Source: a virus (lineage: Duplodnaviria; Caudoviricetes). Taken from it: a stretch of DNA of 64,000 bases. The stretch lies in IMG/VR virus record IMGVR_UViG_3300025450_001231; one strand, given 5' to 3'. The position numbers and the translations under genes are program-made. This document shows, piece by piece, positions 1-13,418 of the stretch. The notes under the pieces were generated by a model. It worked only from the letters and a program-made list of their open reading frames with translations, was not told the origin of the DNA and did no database searches. Each line of letters begins with the position of its first letter. The stretch's first letter is position 1.

Positions 1-1
1 A

Positions 2-3000
2 GGATCTGCTAGTACAGTACCGGGTCCACAAGGCGCGCAAGGACCAACTGGTGTACAAGGACCGACTGGAGTACAGGGTGCACAAGGACCAACTGGAGCA
101 CAAGGACCACAAGGACCACAAGGAGCCGCTAGTACAGTACCAGGACCGCAAGGACCACAAGGACCAAGTGGTCCACAAGGAGCCAAAGGATCGAGCGGAA
201 CTGGAGAATGGTATCCTGTATTTTCTGCAGGTGTATCTACTCCGTATGTTCAAGTAACACCTTATGTATTTGAAAATTATAGTTCAACTCCAGAAACTTG
301 GACAGATTTTATATATTCACAAGAAGGATATGTCAACGGAGCATATACTGCAATAACTCCAATGATTCAAACTTCTCCAAATGTTACATATACTATGTCA
401 GCTGGTTTAACCAGTACTAGTAGTATAACCACAGTAAATGGTTTAGTTGGATCACCTGCAAATAGATATATCTATATAGATTATGGTTTTTACATAACAA
501 CAATCAATAATACCGGAACTTATCTTATATACGAAGACGGCGCATATCAAAATGTCACCGGTTCTTGGTCAGCAGGTGATCAGTTGTATGTAATCTATGA
601 TGGATTAAATGTCAAGTATTATTATAATAATACTTTGCTTAGAACAGTTGCTAGAAGCACAGGTTCTGCACTACATCATGCTGGTACATTAAAAAGTATC
701 TATGCATCTTATCGTGCTTCTTTTGGACCTAACGGACAGTCAGGAGTACAAGGACCACAAGGACCACAAGGCCCTGGCGGGACAGGACCACAAGGACCAC
801 AAGGACCACAAGGCCCAAGCGGAGTAAATGGAACATCAGGCACACAAGGACCGCAAGGCCCACAGGGACCCAGTGGATTAAATGGACCACAAGGCCCTAG
901 TGGATTGAACGGCCCACAGGGACCACAAGGCCCAAGCGGAGTAAATGGAACATCAGGTACACAAGGTCCACAGGGACCCAGCGGATTAAATGGACCACAA
1001 GGACCCAGCGGATTAAATGGGCCACAAGGACCGCAAGGACCGCAAGGACCAAATTTAACTGTTAGCAGTACTGCACCTGTCTCGCCTAATGTGGGTGCAC
1101 TATGGTACAATACCAATACCGGACGAACTTATGTTTACTACGAATCTTATTGGATAGATTCTAGTCCAGCCGAAATGGGACCACAAGGTCCAACAGGACC
1201 ACAAGGTAGTGCTGGTAATACAGGACCACAAGGGCCTACTGGAGCGCAAGGACCACAAGGACCAACCGGAATAGGCCAGCAGGGATTGCAAGGACCACAA
1301 GGTGTACAAGGACCGCAAGGAACTATCGGAGCAAGTACTTGGACACCTGTAGTTAATCCTGCTGGAAATGCGATTCAAAATGGTACAAATGGATTACAAT
1401 ATACCAAAGTAGCAGGAACCAATGGAACGTTTGATACACAGGTATACAGTACCCAAGGTTTTGTTTTTGGTGCGTATGCAAGTGCCAGTGGATCAAGTAC
1501 TACTAACTTAGGTATAATGTTTGGTCTAAGCCAACAATCAAACCTAACACTCAATGTAGGATCTCCTCCTACACCTGCAATTGATTATGCTTGGTATTTT
1601 ATTAATGGTACTGCTATTGTATATTTGAATGGAACTAATAGCGGTACACAATTTTCATATATTACATCAGATGTATTTACAATAACATACGATGGGTCTA
1701 TTGTAAAATTCTTTAAGAATGGAGCGTTTGTTTATTCTGTAGCAAGATACCCTGGTGCTGCTTTGTACTTTGCAAGTAGCTTTACCACATTGAACGGAAG
1801 TCTTACTAACATAGCTTTTGGACCAATGGGCACAGGCCCACAAGGACCGAGCGGTGTGCAAGGACCAACAGGACCACAAGGAGTACAAGGACCAACTGGA
1901 GTACAAGGACCACAAGGACCAAGCGGTCCTCAAGGAGCAGCTAGTTCAGTTCCTGGGCCACAAGGACCGACTGGGATAGGTGTACAAGGACCGCAAGGAC
2001 CGCAAGGACCACAAGGAACCGTTGGACCACAAGGACCATCGGGTCCAACCGGAATAGGTGTACAAGGACCACAAGGAACCGTCGGACCACAAGGACCGCA
2101 AGGACCACAGGGAGCTGCTGGTAACGGATCTTGGACACCTGTATTAGTTGGCACCGCAGTCCAAAGTACTGCAACTGGCTATACTTTTAGCAAAACAGGT
2201 GCAACTACTGCTTACGACAGTCAGGTATATAGTGTACAAGGATATCTAAACGGATCTTTTTGTTCTTTTAGAGCATCTAACACTAATCAAATATATGCTG
2301 GCTTGGCGTTGAATCCTACTAGCGGGACTACTCCTGCATATTTAGACTACGGATTTAATTTAGTTGGTGGCACATATATAATATATGAAGCTGGTTCTAG
2401 CACTGGTATTACTGGTTCTTATAGTGTTGGTACCATATTTACAATAGTGTTTGATGGTAGTTATGTAAGATATTATGTAAGTGGATCGAGTTCGTCTGTC
2501 AGAACTGTAGCGGCTTCTCTTCCATATAATCCATTGTATTTTAGTGCTTTATTTTACCAACAAAATTCAGGAATAAACTCTGCGGTGTTTGGCGCAGTTG
2601 CACAAGGCGCAGCCGGGCCACAAGGCCCACAAGGACCAATTGGTCCTATAGGAAATATTGGACCACAAGGCCCAGCAGGCCCAGCAGGCCCATCCGGGCC
2701 ACAAGGCCCAGCAGGTAGTGCAGGTCCAGCAGGTAGTGCAGGTCCAGCAGGTCCAGCAGGTAGTACAGGTCCAGCAGGCCCAGCAGGTAGTACAGGTCCA
2801 GCAGGCCCAGCTGGTCCAGGTCTTCCTACAGGAGGAACAGCTGGGCAAGTATTATTCAAAAATAGTACTACAAATTATGATTACTCATGGAGTTACGGTG
2901 CAAGAGACTATATTGCTGTTGCTTGCGGTGACGAGTCTACACCAATCGCAACAGGTTCACCTGTTGTGATGACTTTTAGGTTGCCTTTTGCTTGTACATT

Positions 3001-3268
3001 ATGGCAACCGCCTAGAATAAGTGTAACTACCCCATTATACTCCGGAACTTTGACTGTTGGAATAATATATGGTGGCCCAGTTGCTCCCACTCAGTTATGT
3101 AGTATTAGCCCAACTTTGTCTACTGGTGCTTACAGTTCAGTCGGGCAAAATACCCAATTGGCAGTAACATCATTGCCCGATGATACACAAATTCAAATTC
3201 AATTGACAGGAACGTACAGCGGTGGAGCTGGCTTAAAAGTAATACTTTATATACAAAAAAATGCTTAA
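2..3268 (+). CDS. Collagen-like phage fibre protein, 5'-truncated: five collagen segments, three copies of a ~165 aa beta-rich (ConA/SPRY-like) domain, and a C-terminal globular domain
   Basis: The frame is open from position 2 ([11 protein letters not shown]...) into the listed ORF at 362, so 362 is not the true start. The repeated domain W(Y/T)PV...Y..QG(Y/F)..G...(I/L)DY.....(F)TI.(Y/F)DG..V.(Y/F)(Y/F) lies at ~205-725, ~1335-1825 and ~2125-2600. The C-terminal motif is [15 protein letters not shown]...GAGLKVILY. Confidence 0.85.
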   Translation, partial: GSASTVPGPQGAQGPTGVQGPTGVQGAQGPTGAQGPQGPQGAASTVPGPQGPQGPSGPQGAKGSSGTGEWYPVFSAGVSTPYVQVTPYVFENYSSTPETWTDFIYSQEGYVNGAYTAITPMIQTSPNVTYTMSAGLTSTSSITTVNGLVGSPANRYIYIDYGFYITTINNTGTYLIYEDGAYQNVTGSWSAGDQLYVIYDGLNVKYYYNNTLLRTVARSTGSALHHAGTLKSIYASYRASFGPNGQSGVQGPQGPQGPGGTGPQGPQGPQGPSGVNGTSGTQGPQGPQGPSGLNGPQGPSGLNGPQGPQGPSGVNGTSGTQGPQGPSGLNGPQGPSGLNGPQGPQGPQGPNLTVSSTAPVSPNVGALWYNTNTGRTYVYYESYWIDSSPAEMGPQGPTGPQGSAGNTGPQGPTGAQGPQGPTGIGQQGLQGPQGVQGPQGTIGASTWTPVVNPAGNAIQNGTNGLQYTKVAGTNGTFDTQVYSTQGFVFGAYASASGSSTTNLGIMFGLSQQSNLTLNVGSPPTPAIDYAWYFINGTAIVYLNGTNSGTQFSYITSDVFTITYDGSIVKFFKNGAFVYSVARYPGAALYFASSFTTLNGSLTNIAFGPMGTGPQGPSGVQGPTGPQGVQGPTGVQGPQGPSGPQGAASSVPGPQGPTGIGVQGPQGPQGPQGTVGPQGPSGPTGIGVQGPQGTVGPQGPQGPQGAAGNGSWTPVLVGTAVQSTATGYTFSKTGATTAYDSQVYSVQGYLNGSFCSFRASNTNQIYAGLALNPTSGTTPAYLDYGFNLVGGTYIIYEAGSSTGITGSYSVGTIFTIVFDGSYVRYYVSGSSSSVRTVAASLPYNPLYFSALFYQQNSGINSAVFGAVAQGAAGPQGPQGPIGPIGNIGPQGPAGPAGPSGPQGPAGSAGPAGSAGPAGPAGSTGPAGPAGSTGPAGPAGPGLPTGGTAGQVLFKNSTTNYDYSWSYGARDYIAVACGDESTPIATGSPVVMTFRLPFACTLWQPPRISVTTPLYSGTLTVGIIYGGPVAPTQLCSISPTLSTGAYSSVGQNTQLAVTSLPDDTQIQIQLTGTYSGGAGLKVILYIQKNA
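725..1050 (+). repeat. Collagen-like (Gly-X-Y)n run, CAAGGACCA-based
   Basis: GPQ/GPS runs with repeated GPSG(L/V)NG units. Confidence 0.9.
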
Positions 3269-3295
3269 CAATTAACCAATTTATCACAATTTATT

Positions 3296-4297
3296 ATGTC
3301 ATTTTTTATTCAATTTTATGTACCATCCTCAAAAGGGGAAGCAGTATTTAATGTGCCCGGCACATACACTTTTGTGATGCCTAGTTATATAAACACAATA
3401 TCTGCATTTCTTGTTGGAGGCGGCGGTGCCGGAGGCGCCTCATATGGCGGCGGCGGTGGCGGCGGCGGTACAACTTACGGAAATAATATGTTTGTATCTC
3501 CAGGGGCAACTTATACAGTTGTAGTAGGTGCAGGTGGGGCAAATAGTGGCCAAGCTGGTGGTAATAGTTCTCTTTCTGTAAGCGGAACGACTACACCTAT
3601 GCTAAAAGCATATGGTGGTAGCGGTGGATCTGCAGGAAACAGCAATACTGGTGGTGGGGGTGGCGGTGCTGGTGGGTTTCGTTCGACAATGGAGGCAGGG
3701 GGAGTAGGGGGCAGTGCACTTAATTGTGGTTCACCTAGTTTATTTTCAGGTGGTGCAGGAGGTATAGGGGGGACCAACAATCCTCCTAATTTATGTTTTG
3801 GGTATCAATACACTTGTGGCAATGGCTCATCAGGTGGTGCAGGAGGAAGCGGCAATAGTCAAAACAATGGCGGTTCTCCAGGAAAATGGAACTCTGGTAT
3901 GGAATATTACTTTAATGTTCTTGGATATGATGAGAGCTTCTATTATTATGTTACTGCCGGCGGCGCAGCAGCTTGGAATGGTGCACAAGGAGGTGGAGGA
4001 ATAGGTCTTCATGGGAATATAGCCCCAGCAGGTCAACATGGTTTAACCAATAATCCTGCTAGTACGAACATCGTCAAAGGCGGTACTTATTGGCAGCTAA
4101 ATGGAGCCTCTGGCGGTGGATCTGGGGGATGCAATGGTGGCAGCTCTTGTGGGGGTAACTACGGCGGCGGTGGCGCTGGAAGTTATGCTGGAGGTTCTGG
4201 GGGCAGTGGAGCAGTTAAGATTGTTTACCCCGGGGGCACTAGAAAATATCCATATACTGATGTGGCAACTGACTATCATATACTAATAACTAACTAA
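3296..4297 (+). CDS. Glycine-rich domain protein, putative fibre-tip adhesin
   Basis: 333 aa. It has PGTYTFVMP...AFLVGGGGAGG followed by many polyglycine tracts separated by variable loops, and ends GGSGAVKIVY. It is homologous by eye to the C-terminal domain of 32895..36278. Confidence 0.75.
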   Translation: MSFFIQFYVPSSKGEAVFNVPGTYTFVMPSYINTISAFLVGGGGAGGASYGGGGGGGGTTYGNNMFVSPGATYTVVVGAGGANSGQAGGNSSLSVSGTTTPMLKAYGGSGGSAGNSNTGGGGGGAGGFRSTMEAGGVGGSALNCGSPSLFSGGAGGIGGTNNPPNLCFGYQYTCGNGSSGGAGGSGNSQNNGGSPGKWNSGMEYYFNVLGYDESFYYYVTAGGAAAWNGAQGGGGIGLHGNIAPAGQHGLTNNPASTNIVKGGTYWQLNGASGGGSGGCNGGSSCGGNYGGGGAGSYAGGSGGSGAVKIVYPGGTRKYPYTDVATDYHILITN

Positions 4298-4325
4298 TCT
4301 CAAATTCCGATTCTGCAGGTATAGC

Positions 4326-4331
4326 TAAATA
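4326..4331 (+). promoter_or_regulatory. T4-late-type promoter core TAAATA
   Basis: gcTAAATA lies 24 nt before the ATG at 4356. The motif recurs in almost every intergenic gap. Confidence 0.6.
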
Positions 4332-4355
4332 TACAAAGCCATATGAGATTACGGG

Positions 4356-7300
4356 ATGACACAACAGATAATTAACCTTGGAACCGGTCCAAATACACAG
4401 ACCGGAGAGACAATCCTAACTGCATTCGTTAAAGTTAACGACAACTTTACCGAACTTTATGCGGCTCTCCAAGGTAACGGCGCCGATAATCTAATCGGCA
4501 ACACCATAACAGCCAATAATTTTGTTACAACTGGTAACATCAGAACTGGTAATATTGCAGCTTATGGTAATATTGCTACAATAGGCAATATTATAGCCAG
4601 CGGATTCTTCTATCCCAACGGTAAATCAATACTAGGTACAGATGCAATCAACACAGATTTGTTGCCGTTAACGGGCAACATATTCAGTATAGGTTCCAAT
4701 GCATATCCATGGGCTGCAGCAACCATTGCTAATAGTATTACATTAGGTGGTCATGTATTAGAGTTTAACGCTCAAAATATTCTAACAGTTGATGGAATAC
4801 CATTTAGAGGTAGCTACAGTGATGCTAACGTAGCTGCTTATTTGCCATACTATGGCGGTCCCATAACAGTATCAAATATCTATATTAACAGTACTGATAT
4901 TACAACGGACGGGACACATTTATTTGTCAATGGTTCGTTAGTAGCTGGTAATTACAATAATTCTAATGTGGCAGCCTTTTTACCTACCTATGGTGGACAG
5001 ATATCTGCTTCTAATATTGATCTCGGCGGATACGGTATTACAACAGACGGTAATACAATATATCTAAATGGCAAGTCGATTCAAAGTAATTATGGTGATG
5101 CAAATGTAAGAGCACTGTTACCGACTTATTCCGGAAACTTAAATAGTATCAACGGAATTACAGCATCTAACCTTACTGCCAATAATGCCAGTATTAGTAA
5201 TGTACTTTATTTAGATACCAGTACAATCACTGCAGTAAAAAATACATTATATGTAAACGGTGTACCAATTACTGGTACGTATACTAACTTATCGGTTGCC
5301 GCTTATTTAGATACTTACTTGCCAGCACATAGTGGTAACTTAAATGCTATCGACAACTTAAATGCCAATACTGCAAACATCTACCAAACATTATATTTGA
5401 ATGGATCGGCGCTAACGGTTGTTAATAATCAATTGTTTGCAAACGGTGTGCCCATTACTGAAACATACAGTAATACAAACGTTCATTCATACTTGCCAAC
5501 ATATACTGGTACACTAAACAATTTAACAAGTGTTAGCAGTAATGTATTAGTAGCAACAGCCAATTTGGTATTAGATGGTGCAACACTAACAGTAGTAAAT
5601 AATCAACTATACAGTAACGGGATTCCAATTTCTGGTACTTATAGCAATGCCAACGTAGCACAGTACTTGCCAATTTATTTTGGCAATATGAATTTAGTTA
5701 ATAACTTAACTGCTAATATTGTTGAAACAGTTAAAAATCTGGTATTGGATTCTACCAGCGAAGTTGTTGGTAATATTATTCCTAGTTTAGATTTAACTTA
5801 TACCTTAGGTAATACCACAAATAGATTTAAGAGTTTATATGTCGGTGGCAATACAATTTATATTGGCAATCAATCGATATCAAGCAATGCTACACAAATT
5901 ACTCTTAGTAATGCTGTTAGCACAGGCAATGGTTTCTTTGGCGGCAATGTTTACATTTCTGGATTTGCAAATGTAACTGGAGATATTACTGCCAATAATA
6001 TAAATGCCAATACAAATATTCTTGCTGGAGGCAAAGTTGCAGTAGTTGGTACCATTGATGCGGATAGTAACATCACTGGCGCAAATTTAATCAGTAACGG
6101 CACAGTTAGTACTGGTACCTTAACAGTTGCAACAACTGCAACTGTAACTGGCAATGCTACTGTTGGAAACTTAATTACTTCAGGTAATATAAGCGGCGTT
6201 AATACATTATTTGCCAATGCTGCTAATTTAATTGGAAATCTTACTGCTGGTAATTTAACTTCTGCGGGTACGTTGACAATTGGTACAATAACTGCCAATG
6301 GCAATATAACCACAACTGGATCAATTAATTCAACTGGTGGCATAACCGGCGGAAATATTACCAGTAATGGATATGTTAGTACATCTACTTTATATGTTGC
6401 ATCTACTGCAAATATTGCAAGCAATTTAACTGCTGGTAATATATCTACCTTAGGTAATGTAGCTGCTGGTTACTTTATCGGTAATGGTAGTTTATTAACA
6501 GGAATTGATGCTACACAAATTAGATACCAATTGTTATCTAATGTAAAAGTTGGCAGTGATGGAAATATTACATTTAGTACTAATACTAATCCCAACACCG
6601 CAGTATTCAGTGATCAAGCATTTACATTCTACAGAGATTTATTTGTAGATGGTAATATTGTTGCTACCGGAAGTATTACTGCAAACGGTAATTTAATATT
6701 AGGAAATGCTGCAACTGACACAGTTCAGTTCGGAGCAGAAGTTAGCAGTGATATACTACCTAGTCTAACACTCACTTATAATTTAGGTAGTCCCGCTAAC
6801 CAATGGAAAGGTATATATGCAGGTACTGCTAATGTTACTACATTAACTGCAAGCGGAAATATAACTGCTGGTAATATTGCTACTAACGGTTCTGCAAATA
6901 TCGGAACATTAACAGTAACCAATACTGCCACAATATCAGGTAATTTGTCGGCAGGTAATATTTCTACACTGGGCAATATTACTGCTAACTCAGTTACTGC
7001 AACTGGTAACATATCTGCAGCGTACTTTAGTGGAACTTTTGTTGGTAATATTGTTAGTAATAACTTATTAGGCAATACAATTCCTTTAGGAACTCCTATA
7101 GATCAAAACTTTGTAAATGGTGCAATTGGTACTTGGACCAGTACCACTTCGGTTACTGATGCTATTGACCAATTAAACGAAGCAATGCTTAACATACAGG
7201 CCAACACATATGTTAAGAGCACAAGTTTTATTGCTACTCCTACCAGTGGTGGCGCAGGCACATTGGTTACATTAACCATTAGTTCAGTAGGAAACCCAAA

Positions 7301-9470
7301 TCATTATAATGTAAATTGGGGAGATGGCGGGTTCAGCAATGCAGTTACTACAGTAACTCCTAGTTATACATATACCAATAATGCACTAAGTCCATTTACA
7401 GTTTCTGTTACTGCTTATAATAATCTTGGTTATGGTGCTGGTAGTAGTGCTAGTTTTACACGTACGAATTATATTGTAATTTATACTGCTGATCCTGTTA
7501 TGGGATTTGGACTGTACAGAGCAAATGTTGGCGGGTCTTCGTTGTCCGGCAACAATCTTTATACCAATATTGGCCAACCGATTTATCTACAGAACAGTAC
7601 AACAAACACAACAATGGCCAATGTTACTTACACTATTAACTTTGGTGACGGTACTGCAAATGCAGGTGTAAGTAGTGATAGTCAACCCGGCGGTGTGTTA
7701 GGTAGTAGATATGCTTACACCTACAGTAACAGCAGTGGAACAAGTCAAGATACTGTTACATTAACACTGACCAGTCACACCACTGCAAATCCTGCAAGTA
7801 TTCCAAGGAATACTACTGCATTGCTAAAAGTATACAATCCAAATATTTCAGCTCCAGATGGATTAAGTGCAAAAACAATTACCTTCACTGGTAATACTGG
7901 TACAGGTCCTTACTTGGCAGCAAACTTTGCCAATAATACCAACGGTGCAGTTACTATTACTGCTGGTAATCCTATTGCTAGAACCGTAGCAAATACTGGC
8001 ACAGTTAACACAGTAACAATGTCTTCTTATGCTTATAATGCATCAGCTGGTACATTGTCTGCTTATGTAAACAACAGTAATAACGGAAATGTTTCATTGT
8101 CAATAAGTGACAACTCCAGCACATATGGTGCATTGGTTGTTGCTGGCGAAAGTGATTATAATTTATTAACCAATGCAGGTGTGTCGACTACTTTTGCAGC
8201 ATCGACTTATGCACCTGGGCTATATCAAGGCTTTGAAGCATACATTGCTGCAAATGCCAGCACATTGAACAGTGGCGTAAACAATTTCAAATTATCACAT
8301 TCTACCACAGGTAATACAAATGTTGTGGAATTTGCCAAAGACTTTTTAACAGTTACTCCGTCAATTGATTTAACCAGTGCACACATTTATGAAAGTGCTG
8401 CTGGTACATATAGATATATTTCTGGTATACCTTATTATAATACAGGTAGCCCTCAGGTTACTGTTAGCGGTGTCAAAATATACAATTGGATTGGTCAAAC
8501 ATATTCTGGACCAGTTAGTTCAGTAAATCCATTTACTGTAAATCCTGGAACAAATATAGAAAGCACTAGCGGTAATATTATTGTTTCCCAGACCAAAACT
8601 TATGGTAACTTGGACGGTAATGTAACATATTTGAGCGGAGGAGTTCCATTGGCGAATACTGGAACTGTTAGCAGCTATTCCATTGGAAATCAAACTGTAA
8701 ATATCGGAGGTGTTGCCAGTACTGCAGCAGTTCAAACATTGGCTTTTGTTGCCAACAATGTAAACGGAACAGGTACCAGTTCAACTTATGCAACAGCAAA
8801 CATACAGGTGTTTAATGCTACTCCGTCGGGATTTGTTGAAACTGCAATACCTTGTACAATAACCGATACCAATGGTGCAAATGCTGCTCCTGCAATTCGT
8901 ATAGTAATAAGTGGAGCCAGTGGAGCAACGCCTGCGTATTCTAGTAGTACAAATTATTATGCAAACCGTGTATGGAGTGGAGCACAAACAGTTGCTGGAA
9001 CCGATGAAGCAGTAGTTCGTTGGAATCAATTAAAATTCTTTAACACAGATTTAAGTACAGGCTACTTGCCAGTGGGACCAAACTTAGCCACTGGTCGTAG
9101 TAGCGGGTACCAATACTTCCGTGGTGCGTTTGCTCGTACAGGGCGCAATAGTTGGAATGTTACTATTACTGGAAAAATATCTGGACTAAAATTTGCAGTG
9201 CCAGGTACCAGCATAGACACACTGCCTTATACCACCAATGGTTGGTTAGATGCTACAGTTGCATATTACGGATCTGGTGTTGCTGGAGCATTTACTAGTG
9301 GGTGTGCAACCTCTACTCCAGTTCCGATAAGTACAGTAATATCTGGGACAACTTACGGAATAACATTAGGTACAGGTAGTACAAGTGCCCCGGGCAATAC
9401 TGGTAACCAAGTTTTATTCAGTATTGTATTGGGTCCTACAGATTATATAACCTCTTGGAGTTTTAGTTAA
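4356..9470 (+). CDS. Large virion structural/fibre protein (cassette gene A1): gp9/gp10-like N-terminus, beta-repeat shaft, two PKD-like domains, conserved C-terminal domain
   Basis: 1704 aa. The N-terminus [31 protein letters not shown] resembles T4 gp10/gp9 N-termini. PKD-like motifs are YNVNWGDG and YTINFGDG. The C-terminal STGYLPVGP...NGWLD domain is shared with 25221..28988. Confidence 0.8.
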   Translation: MTQQIINLGTGPNTQTGETILTAFVKVNDNFTELYAALQGNGADNLIGNTITANNFVTTGNIRTGNIAAYGNIATIGNIIASGFFYPNGKSILGTDAINTDLLPLTGNIFSIGSNAYPWAAATIANSITLGGHVLEFNAQNILTVDGIPFRGSYSDANVAAYLPYYGGPITVSNIYINSTDITTDGTHLFVNGSLVAGNYNNSNVAAFLPTYGGQISASNIDLGGYGITTDGNTIYLNGKSIQSNYGDANVRALLPTYSGNLNSINGITASNLTANNASISNVLYLDTSTITAVKNTLYVNGVPITGTYTNLSVAAYLDTYLPAHSGNLNAIDNLNANTANIYQTLYLNGSALTVVNNQLFANGVPITETYSNTNVHSYLPTYTGTLNNLTSVSSNVLVATANLVLDGATLTVVNNQLYSNGIPISGTYSNANVAQYLPIYFGNMNLVNNLTANIVETVKNLVLDSTSEVVGNIIPSLDLTYTLGNTTNRFKSLYVGGNTIYIGNQSISSNATQITLSNAVSTGNGFFGGNVYISGFANVTGDITANNINANTNILAGGKVAVVGTIDADSNITGANLISNGTVSTGTLTVATTATVTGNATVGNLITSGNISGVNTLFANAANLIGNLTAGNLTSAGTLTIGTITANGNITTTGSINSTGGITGGNITSNGYVSTSTLYVASTANIASNLTAGNISTLGNVAAGYFIGNGSLLTGIDATQIRYQLLSNVKVGSDGNITFSTNTNPNTAVFSDQAFTFYRDLFVDGNIVATGSITANGNLILGNAATDTVQFGAEVSSDILPSLTLTYNLGSPANQWKGIYAGTANVTTLTASGNITAGNIATNGSANIGTLTVTNTATISGNLSAGNISTLGNITANSVTATGNISAAYFSGTFVGNIVSNNLLGNTIPLGTPIDQNFVNGAIGTWTSTTSVTDAIDQLNEAMLNIQANTYVKSTSFIATPTSGGAGTLVTLTISSVGNPNHYNVNWGDGGFSNAVTTVTPSYTYTNNALSPFTVSVTAYNNLGYGAGSSASFTRTNYIVIYTADPVMGFGLYRANVGGSSLSGNNLYTNIGQPIYLQNSTTNTTMANVTYTINFGDGTANAGVSSDSQPGGVLGSRYAYTYSNSSGTSQDTVTLTLTSHTTANPASIPRNTTALLKVYNPNISAPDGLSAKTITFTGNTGTGPYLAANFANNTNGAVTITAGNPIARTVANTGTVNTVTMSSYAYNASAGTLSAYVNNSNNGNVSLSISDNSSTYGALVVAGESDYNLLTNAGVSTTFAASTYAPGLYQGFEAYIAANASTLNSGVNNFKLSHSTTGNTNVVEFAKDFLTVTPSIDLTSAHIYESAAGTYRYISGIPYYNTGSPQVTVSGVKIYNWIGQTYSGPVSSVNPFTVNPGTNIESTSGNIIVSQTKTYGNLDGNVTYLSGGVPLANTGTVSSYSIGNQTVNIGGVASTAAVQTLAFVANNVNGTGTSSTYATANIQVFNATPSGFVETAIPCTITDTNGANAAPAIRIVISGASGATPAYSSSTNYYANRVWSGAQTVAGTDEAVVRWNQLKFFNTDLSTGYLPVGPNLATGRSSGYQYFRGAFARTGRNSWNVTITGKISGLKFAVPGTSIDTLPYTTNGWLDATVAYYGSGVAGAFTSGCATSTPVPISTVISGTTYGITLGTGSTSAPGNTGNQVLFSIVLGPTDYITSWSFS

Positions 9471-12400
9471 TGGCAGTCTCAGATACACAAAAAGTTGATT
9501 ACCTTTGGAAAAAGATAGGTTATGGCGCGACTAAAACCACGCTAGGTAATCTGAGACAAGGGTATGAGGAGCCGAATCCAAGCCCTTTGTTGTTACGTGG
9601 TGACCACGTATGGACACAGTCTGGACAGATCCCTACTCCAATTCCCAGTGCCAACACCAGTATTGTTGCAGTTTACAATAATAGTTTGAATAATGTTGTC
9701 CAGTGTACAATGGATAATACTGTTCTTACCAACATCACTTGGAATACTGGTCTGACAAATTGGATTCCTCCAGAAATAGATCCCAGCTATTTACTACAGG
9801 TATTCATTGCCAACAGCACCGGCATTAACGGAAATTTATCAGGTAAGTCATACACACAAATACAAGCCGCTGGAATTAACAACGACGGTTGGTTCTTTGA
9901 TTACCAGTCTGGTATATTAAACTTCAATGATGCTAATGTTCCCGCTGGATTAATCACTGGTAAAAGCATTTATGTAACCGGTGCACGATATACTGGACAA
10001 TTTGGTGTAACTGGCACCAGTACTGGATCTTTTGGTAATCTTTCTTTTGCTAATACTACTATTAGCACTACCAGTACCAACGGTAATTTGGTATTATCTC
10101 CCAACGGTACTGGGGTAGTTTATATACAAAATGGTGCAGTAGTTAATGGCAATGTAACTGCCAATTACTTTATCGGTAACGGTGCTTACTTAACCAATGT
10201 TCCTGCTAATTCTATTACAGGATTAGATTTAAGTAGAATCTATAACGGTAATACCAATGTTGCAACTTATGCAGACGGTAATGCCACTATCAGCAGTTAC
10301 GGCTACGGAAATATTGCAACATTTAATAATACTGCAATTACCTTTTATAGAGACTTTAATGTAGCAGGAAATATTGTTGCAACTGGTAGTATTACTGCTA
10401 ACGGCAATTTGATATTAGGTAACAGAACAACTGATACAGTTGTGTTTGGAGCAGAAGTCAATAGTGATATTATACCGTCGATCACCAATACATATAATCT
10501 TGGTAATGTTTCTTATCAGTGGAATGCCATTTATTCGCAGTCTGGTTACATATCTGCAAATCTTACAGCCGGTAATATCAGTACTGGTGCATTGTCAGCT
10601 AATACTATTTCTGCCACTGGCAATTTGTCTGCAGGAAATATAACAACAACTGGCACACTAACTGCTGGTAATATTAACAGCAACGGAACAATAACTGCAG
10701 GATCTTTTGTTGGTAACTTTACCGGAAATATTACCGCTAACATTACAGCTGCAGGACAAGATACTTTTGTACTGTTTAACGACGGTGGTATAATAAGTGC
10801 AAATGCAGGGCTTGCATTTAGCAAAACCAGTAACTTGTTAGCAGTTGGTTCTACTGTTTTAGTTGGGTCCGGAATCGGCGGTAATGTAACAGGTGCAAAT
10901 TTAATTCTTGCTAATATAGTTGTTGCAAATAATACATTTACTGGACCGATTGGTGCAATTGCGCCAAACACTGCAATATTTACAAGCGAAAGTGTTAGCG
11001 GTAATTCTGTAGTAAACGGATTAACTGTTAACACCAGTGCAGTAATTGGCACAACATTACAAGCAAAAAGCGGATTACAAAATACAGTAATTGGTAATGT
11101 AACACCCAACACTGGTAATTTTACTAATATAACCGCAAGTGCAGGCGCCAATGTTACAGGAAATCTTACTGTAGATAGTATAACAGTCAATAGTTCTGTA
11201 GTAACAGGTAGAACATTACAAGCATTGGGCGGCATACAAAATACAGCAATTGGTAATAGTTATGCTAGTACCGGTTCTTTTACTACACTAACATCTGGTG
11301 GATTGGTAACATTTAATACTGGATACGATTCAGGCACTAGTTATATTAATGGTACTAGTCAAAATACTTTTGCAGTCCGCGGCGAGCAAGTTGGCGTTAA
11401 CACCATTAGTTGGGTACCAAATGCAAGTTTCCAAATTAACGGTACAGATAGTTTATTATTACCAGTAGGTAATGTATTACAAAGACCAGCAACTGCAACT
11501 GCTGGTATGATAAGATACAATTCTCTTTTGAATAATATAGAATGGTTTGATGGTAATGTATGGACAGTTCCTATTACATCATTTAGTGTAGCCACTTCTA
11601 ATATTCAATACGGAGACGGATCAAGTACACGATTCACATTGCCTGTTGGTAATGCAACTACTGCAGGTACTATGGTTAGTATCAATGGTATTGTACAAGA
11701 ACCTATTAATTCGTATACTGTGACTGATTCTTATGTAGATTTTACAGAAGCACCATTGGATACTGATGTAATTGATTTTAGAATATTTACATTAACTCCG
11801 TCTGTTATAGTTGATGCAGGTAATATTAGTAATATTAGTTTTAGTGGCGGAGGCGGAGCAGCTGCAACAGTAGTCGGTAATACGGCACCTACAAGTCCTA
11901 CAATAGGACAATTATGGTATGATAATTCAACAGGACGAACATACATATATTATTCTGGAAGTTGGGTAGAAGCTAATCCAAGCGCACCAGGACCCAGTGG
12001 GCCACAAGGTCCAATTGGTAGTACTGGCCCAAGCGGACCACAAGGGCCTTCTGGCCCAAGCGGACCTCCCGGACCCAGTGGCGGACCAAGCGGAGCACAA
12101 GGACCACAAGGACCAACAGGGACTGCCGGACCACAAGGACCAACAGGGACTGCCGGACCACAAGGACCAACAGGGACTGCCGGACCACAAGGACCACAAG
12201 GACCAACAGGGACTGCCGGACCACAAGGACCACAAGGACCAACAGGGACTGCCGGACCACAAGGACCAACTGGCACGTTTTCAGGCACATTAACTGCCAA
12301 TATTAACGGCGCAGGATACACACTTACCAATGTGTCTACAGTTACTAGTACTGGTAATATAACTGCTAACAATATAGTAAGTAATACATTTACCTATGCT

Positions 12401-13417
12401 AACGGTGTCAGTATATTAACAGGAATTGTTGCAGGCGGAACAAATTACAGCAATGCTAATGTATTTTCCTATCTAGGATCAAACAGCAATGTTGCTATAA
12501 CTACCACTGGAAATGTGACTGCTAATAATTTTATAGGTAACGGTGCAAATTTAACCGGCTTAAATTATAACCAGACTGGTAATATCTATGGAACACAACC
12601 CAATGTAACATTAGTCGCTGGTAATTATTCATATGTTTTTGATAACACAGGTAATTTGACTATTCCTTCAGGCGGGGACATTTTGTTGCCTACTGCTAAT
12701 TCTACAATTACAATGACCGGTAATATTGTTGTTGGTAATGTTATTGCTGCTGGATCAAGCGGACCCAAGACACGTTTCTTATGGGACACTTGGCAAGCTA
12801 ATTCTACATCGGCATTGAGCTCATTTACTCCAAGTGGTACCATTGGTGGTAATGCTACCTGGGATAGCACACAAGCATATGGATTAAAACTAACCACAAC
12901 AAGTACTTCACAGTCTGGCTACATTAACTGGAACAGTAGTACAATCAATTATAACTATGATATGGTTATAACTGCTAGTATTGGTGCTAGTGGAGGAACC
13001 GGTGCAGATGGACAATGGATCTACTTTGGATCTAATGCTGCCATCACAGGTAATCCCGGTAATACCACCACTTATGGTGGCATTGCGGTTATGAACCATT
13101 ATTATAGTAGTTCAAGTCAGTTTGAAGTTTATGTTGGCGGTACACAAATTAATATTCCCTATATTGGTAACGGTAACTATGTAACATCTGGAGTTACATT
13201 ATGGAACGCCAGTTACACCAGTTTCTATAATCTAACACTGAAAATACGCAAGATACAGAACGGCAACCGTATGTTAGAAGTATATATCAATGAAATATAT
13301 CAAGGATCAGTCAACATTGGTAGTTGGACTCCATCTGGAAATTACTTTGGTGTAGCGGCATACACTGGAGGATCCACTGCTCAAAACTGGGTACGTCAAC
13401 TAAAGATAGATTGGTAA
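9470..13417 (+). CDS. Fibre protein (cassette gene B1): conserved N-terminal domain, beta shaft, collagen segment, C-terminal lectin-like domain
   Basis: 1315 aa. The start overlaps the upstream stop (TAATG at 9468-9472). The N-terminus [15 protein letters not shown] is shared with 28991. Collagen lies at ~11990-12275, and the aromatic-rich beta C-terminus resembles ConA-type lectins. Confidence 0.8.
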   Translation: MAVSDTQKVDYLWKKIGYGATKTTLGNLRQGYEEPNPSPLLLRGDHVWTQSGQIPTPIPSANTSIVAVYNNSLNNVVQCTMDNTVLTNITWNTGLTNWIPPEIDPSYLLQVFIANSTGINGNLSGKSYTQIQAAGINNDGWFFDYQSGILNFNDANVPAGLITGKSIYVTGARYTGQFGVTGTSTGSFGNLSFANTTISTTSTNGNLVLSPNGTGVVYIQNGAVVNGNVTANYFIGNGAYLTNVPANSITGLDLSRIYNGNTNVATYADGNATISSYGYGNIATFNNTAITFYRDFNVAGNIVATGSITANGNLILGNRTTDTVVFGAEVNSDIIPSITNTYNLGNVSYQWNAIYSQSGYISANLTAGNISTGALSANTISATGNLSAGNITTTGTLTAGNINSNGTITAGSFVGNFTGNITANITAAGQDTFVLFNDGGIISANAGLAFSKTSNLLAVGSTVLVGSGIGGNVTGANLILANIVVANNTFTGPIGAIAPNTAIFTSESVSGNSVVNGLTVNTSAVIGTTLQAKSGLQNTVIGNVTPNTGNFTNITASAGANVTGNLTVDSITVNSSVVTGRTLQALGGIQNTAIGNSYASTGSFTTLTSGGLVTFNTGYDSGTSYINGTSQNTFAVRGEQVGVNTISWVPNASFQINGTDSLLLPVGNVLQRPATATAGMIRYNSLLNNIEWFDGNVWTVPITSFSVATSNIQYGDGSSTRFTLPVGNATTAGTMVSINGIVQEPINSYTVTDSYVDFTEAPLDTDVIDFRIFTLTPSVIVDAGNISNISFSGGGGAAATVVGNTAPTSPTIGQLWYDNSTGRTYIYYSGSWVEANPSAPGPSGPQGPIGSTGPSGPQGPSGPSGPPGPSGGPSGAQGPQGPTGTAGPQGPTGTAGPQGPTGTAGPQGPQGPTGTAGPQGPQGPTGTAGPQGPTGTFSGTLTANINGAGYTLTNVSTVTSTGNITANNIVSNTFTYANGVSILTGIVAGGTNYSNANVFSYLGSNSNVAITTTGNVTANNFIGNGANLTGLNYNQTGNIYGTQPNVTLVAGNYSYVFDNTGNLTIPSGGDILLPTANSTITMTGNIVVGNVIAAGSSGPKTRFLWDTWQANSTSALSSFTPSGTIGGNATWDSTQAYGLKLTTTSTSQSGYINWNSSTINYNYDMVITASIGASGGTGADGQWIYFGSNAAITGNPGNTTTYGGIAVMNHYYSSSSQFEVYVGGTQINIPYIGNGNYVTSGVTLWNASYTSFYNLTLKIRKIQNGNRMLEVYINEIYQGSVNIGSWTPSGNYFGVAAYTGGSTAQNWVRQLKIDW
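11990..12275 (+). repeat. Collagen-like run containing five near-exact GGACCACAAGGACCAACAGGGACTGCC units
   Basis: Directly visible tandem DNA repeats, some with an extra 9-nt GGACCACAA. Confidence 0.9.
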
Positions 13418-13418
13418 T

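Noticed and set aside
362-364. Listed start of the 968 aa ORF
   Set aside because: The frame is open back to position 2, so the gene starts upstream of the window.
4295-4351. 8-bp inverted repeat TAATCTCA / TGAGATTA flanking the 4326 promoter
   Set aside because: It could mask the 4356 initiation region in read-through RNA, but 8 AT-rich bp across a 41-nt loop is compatible with chance.
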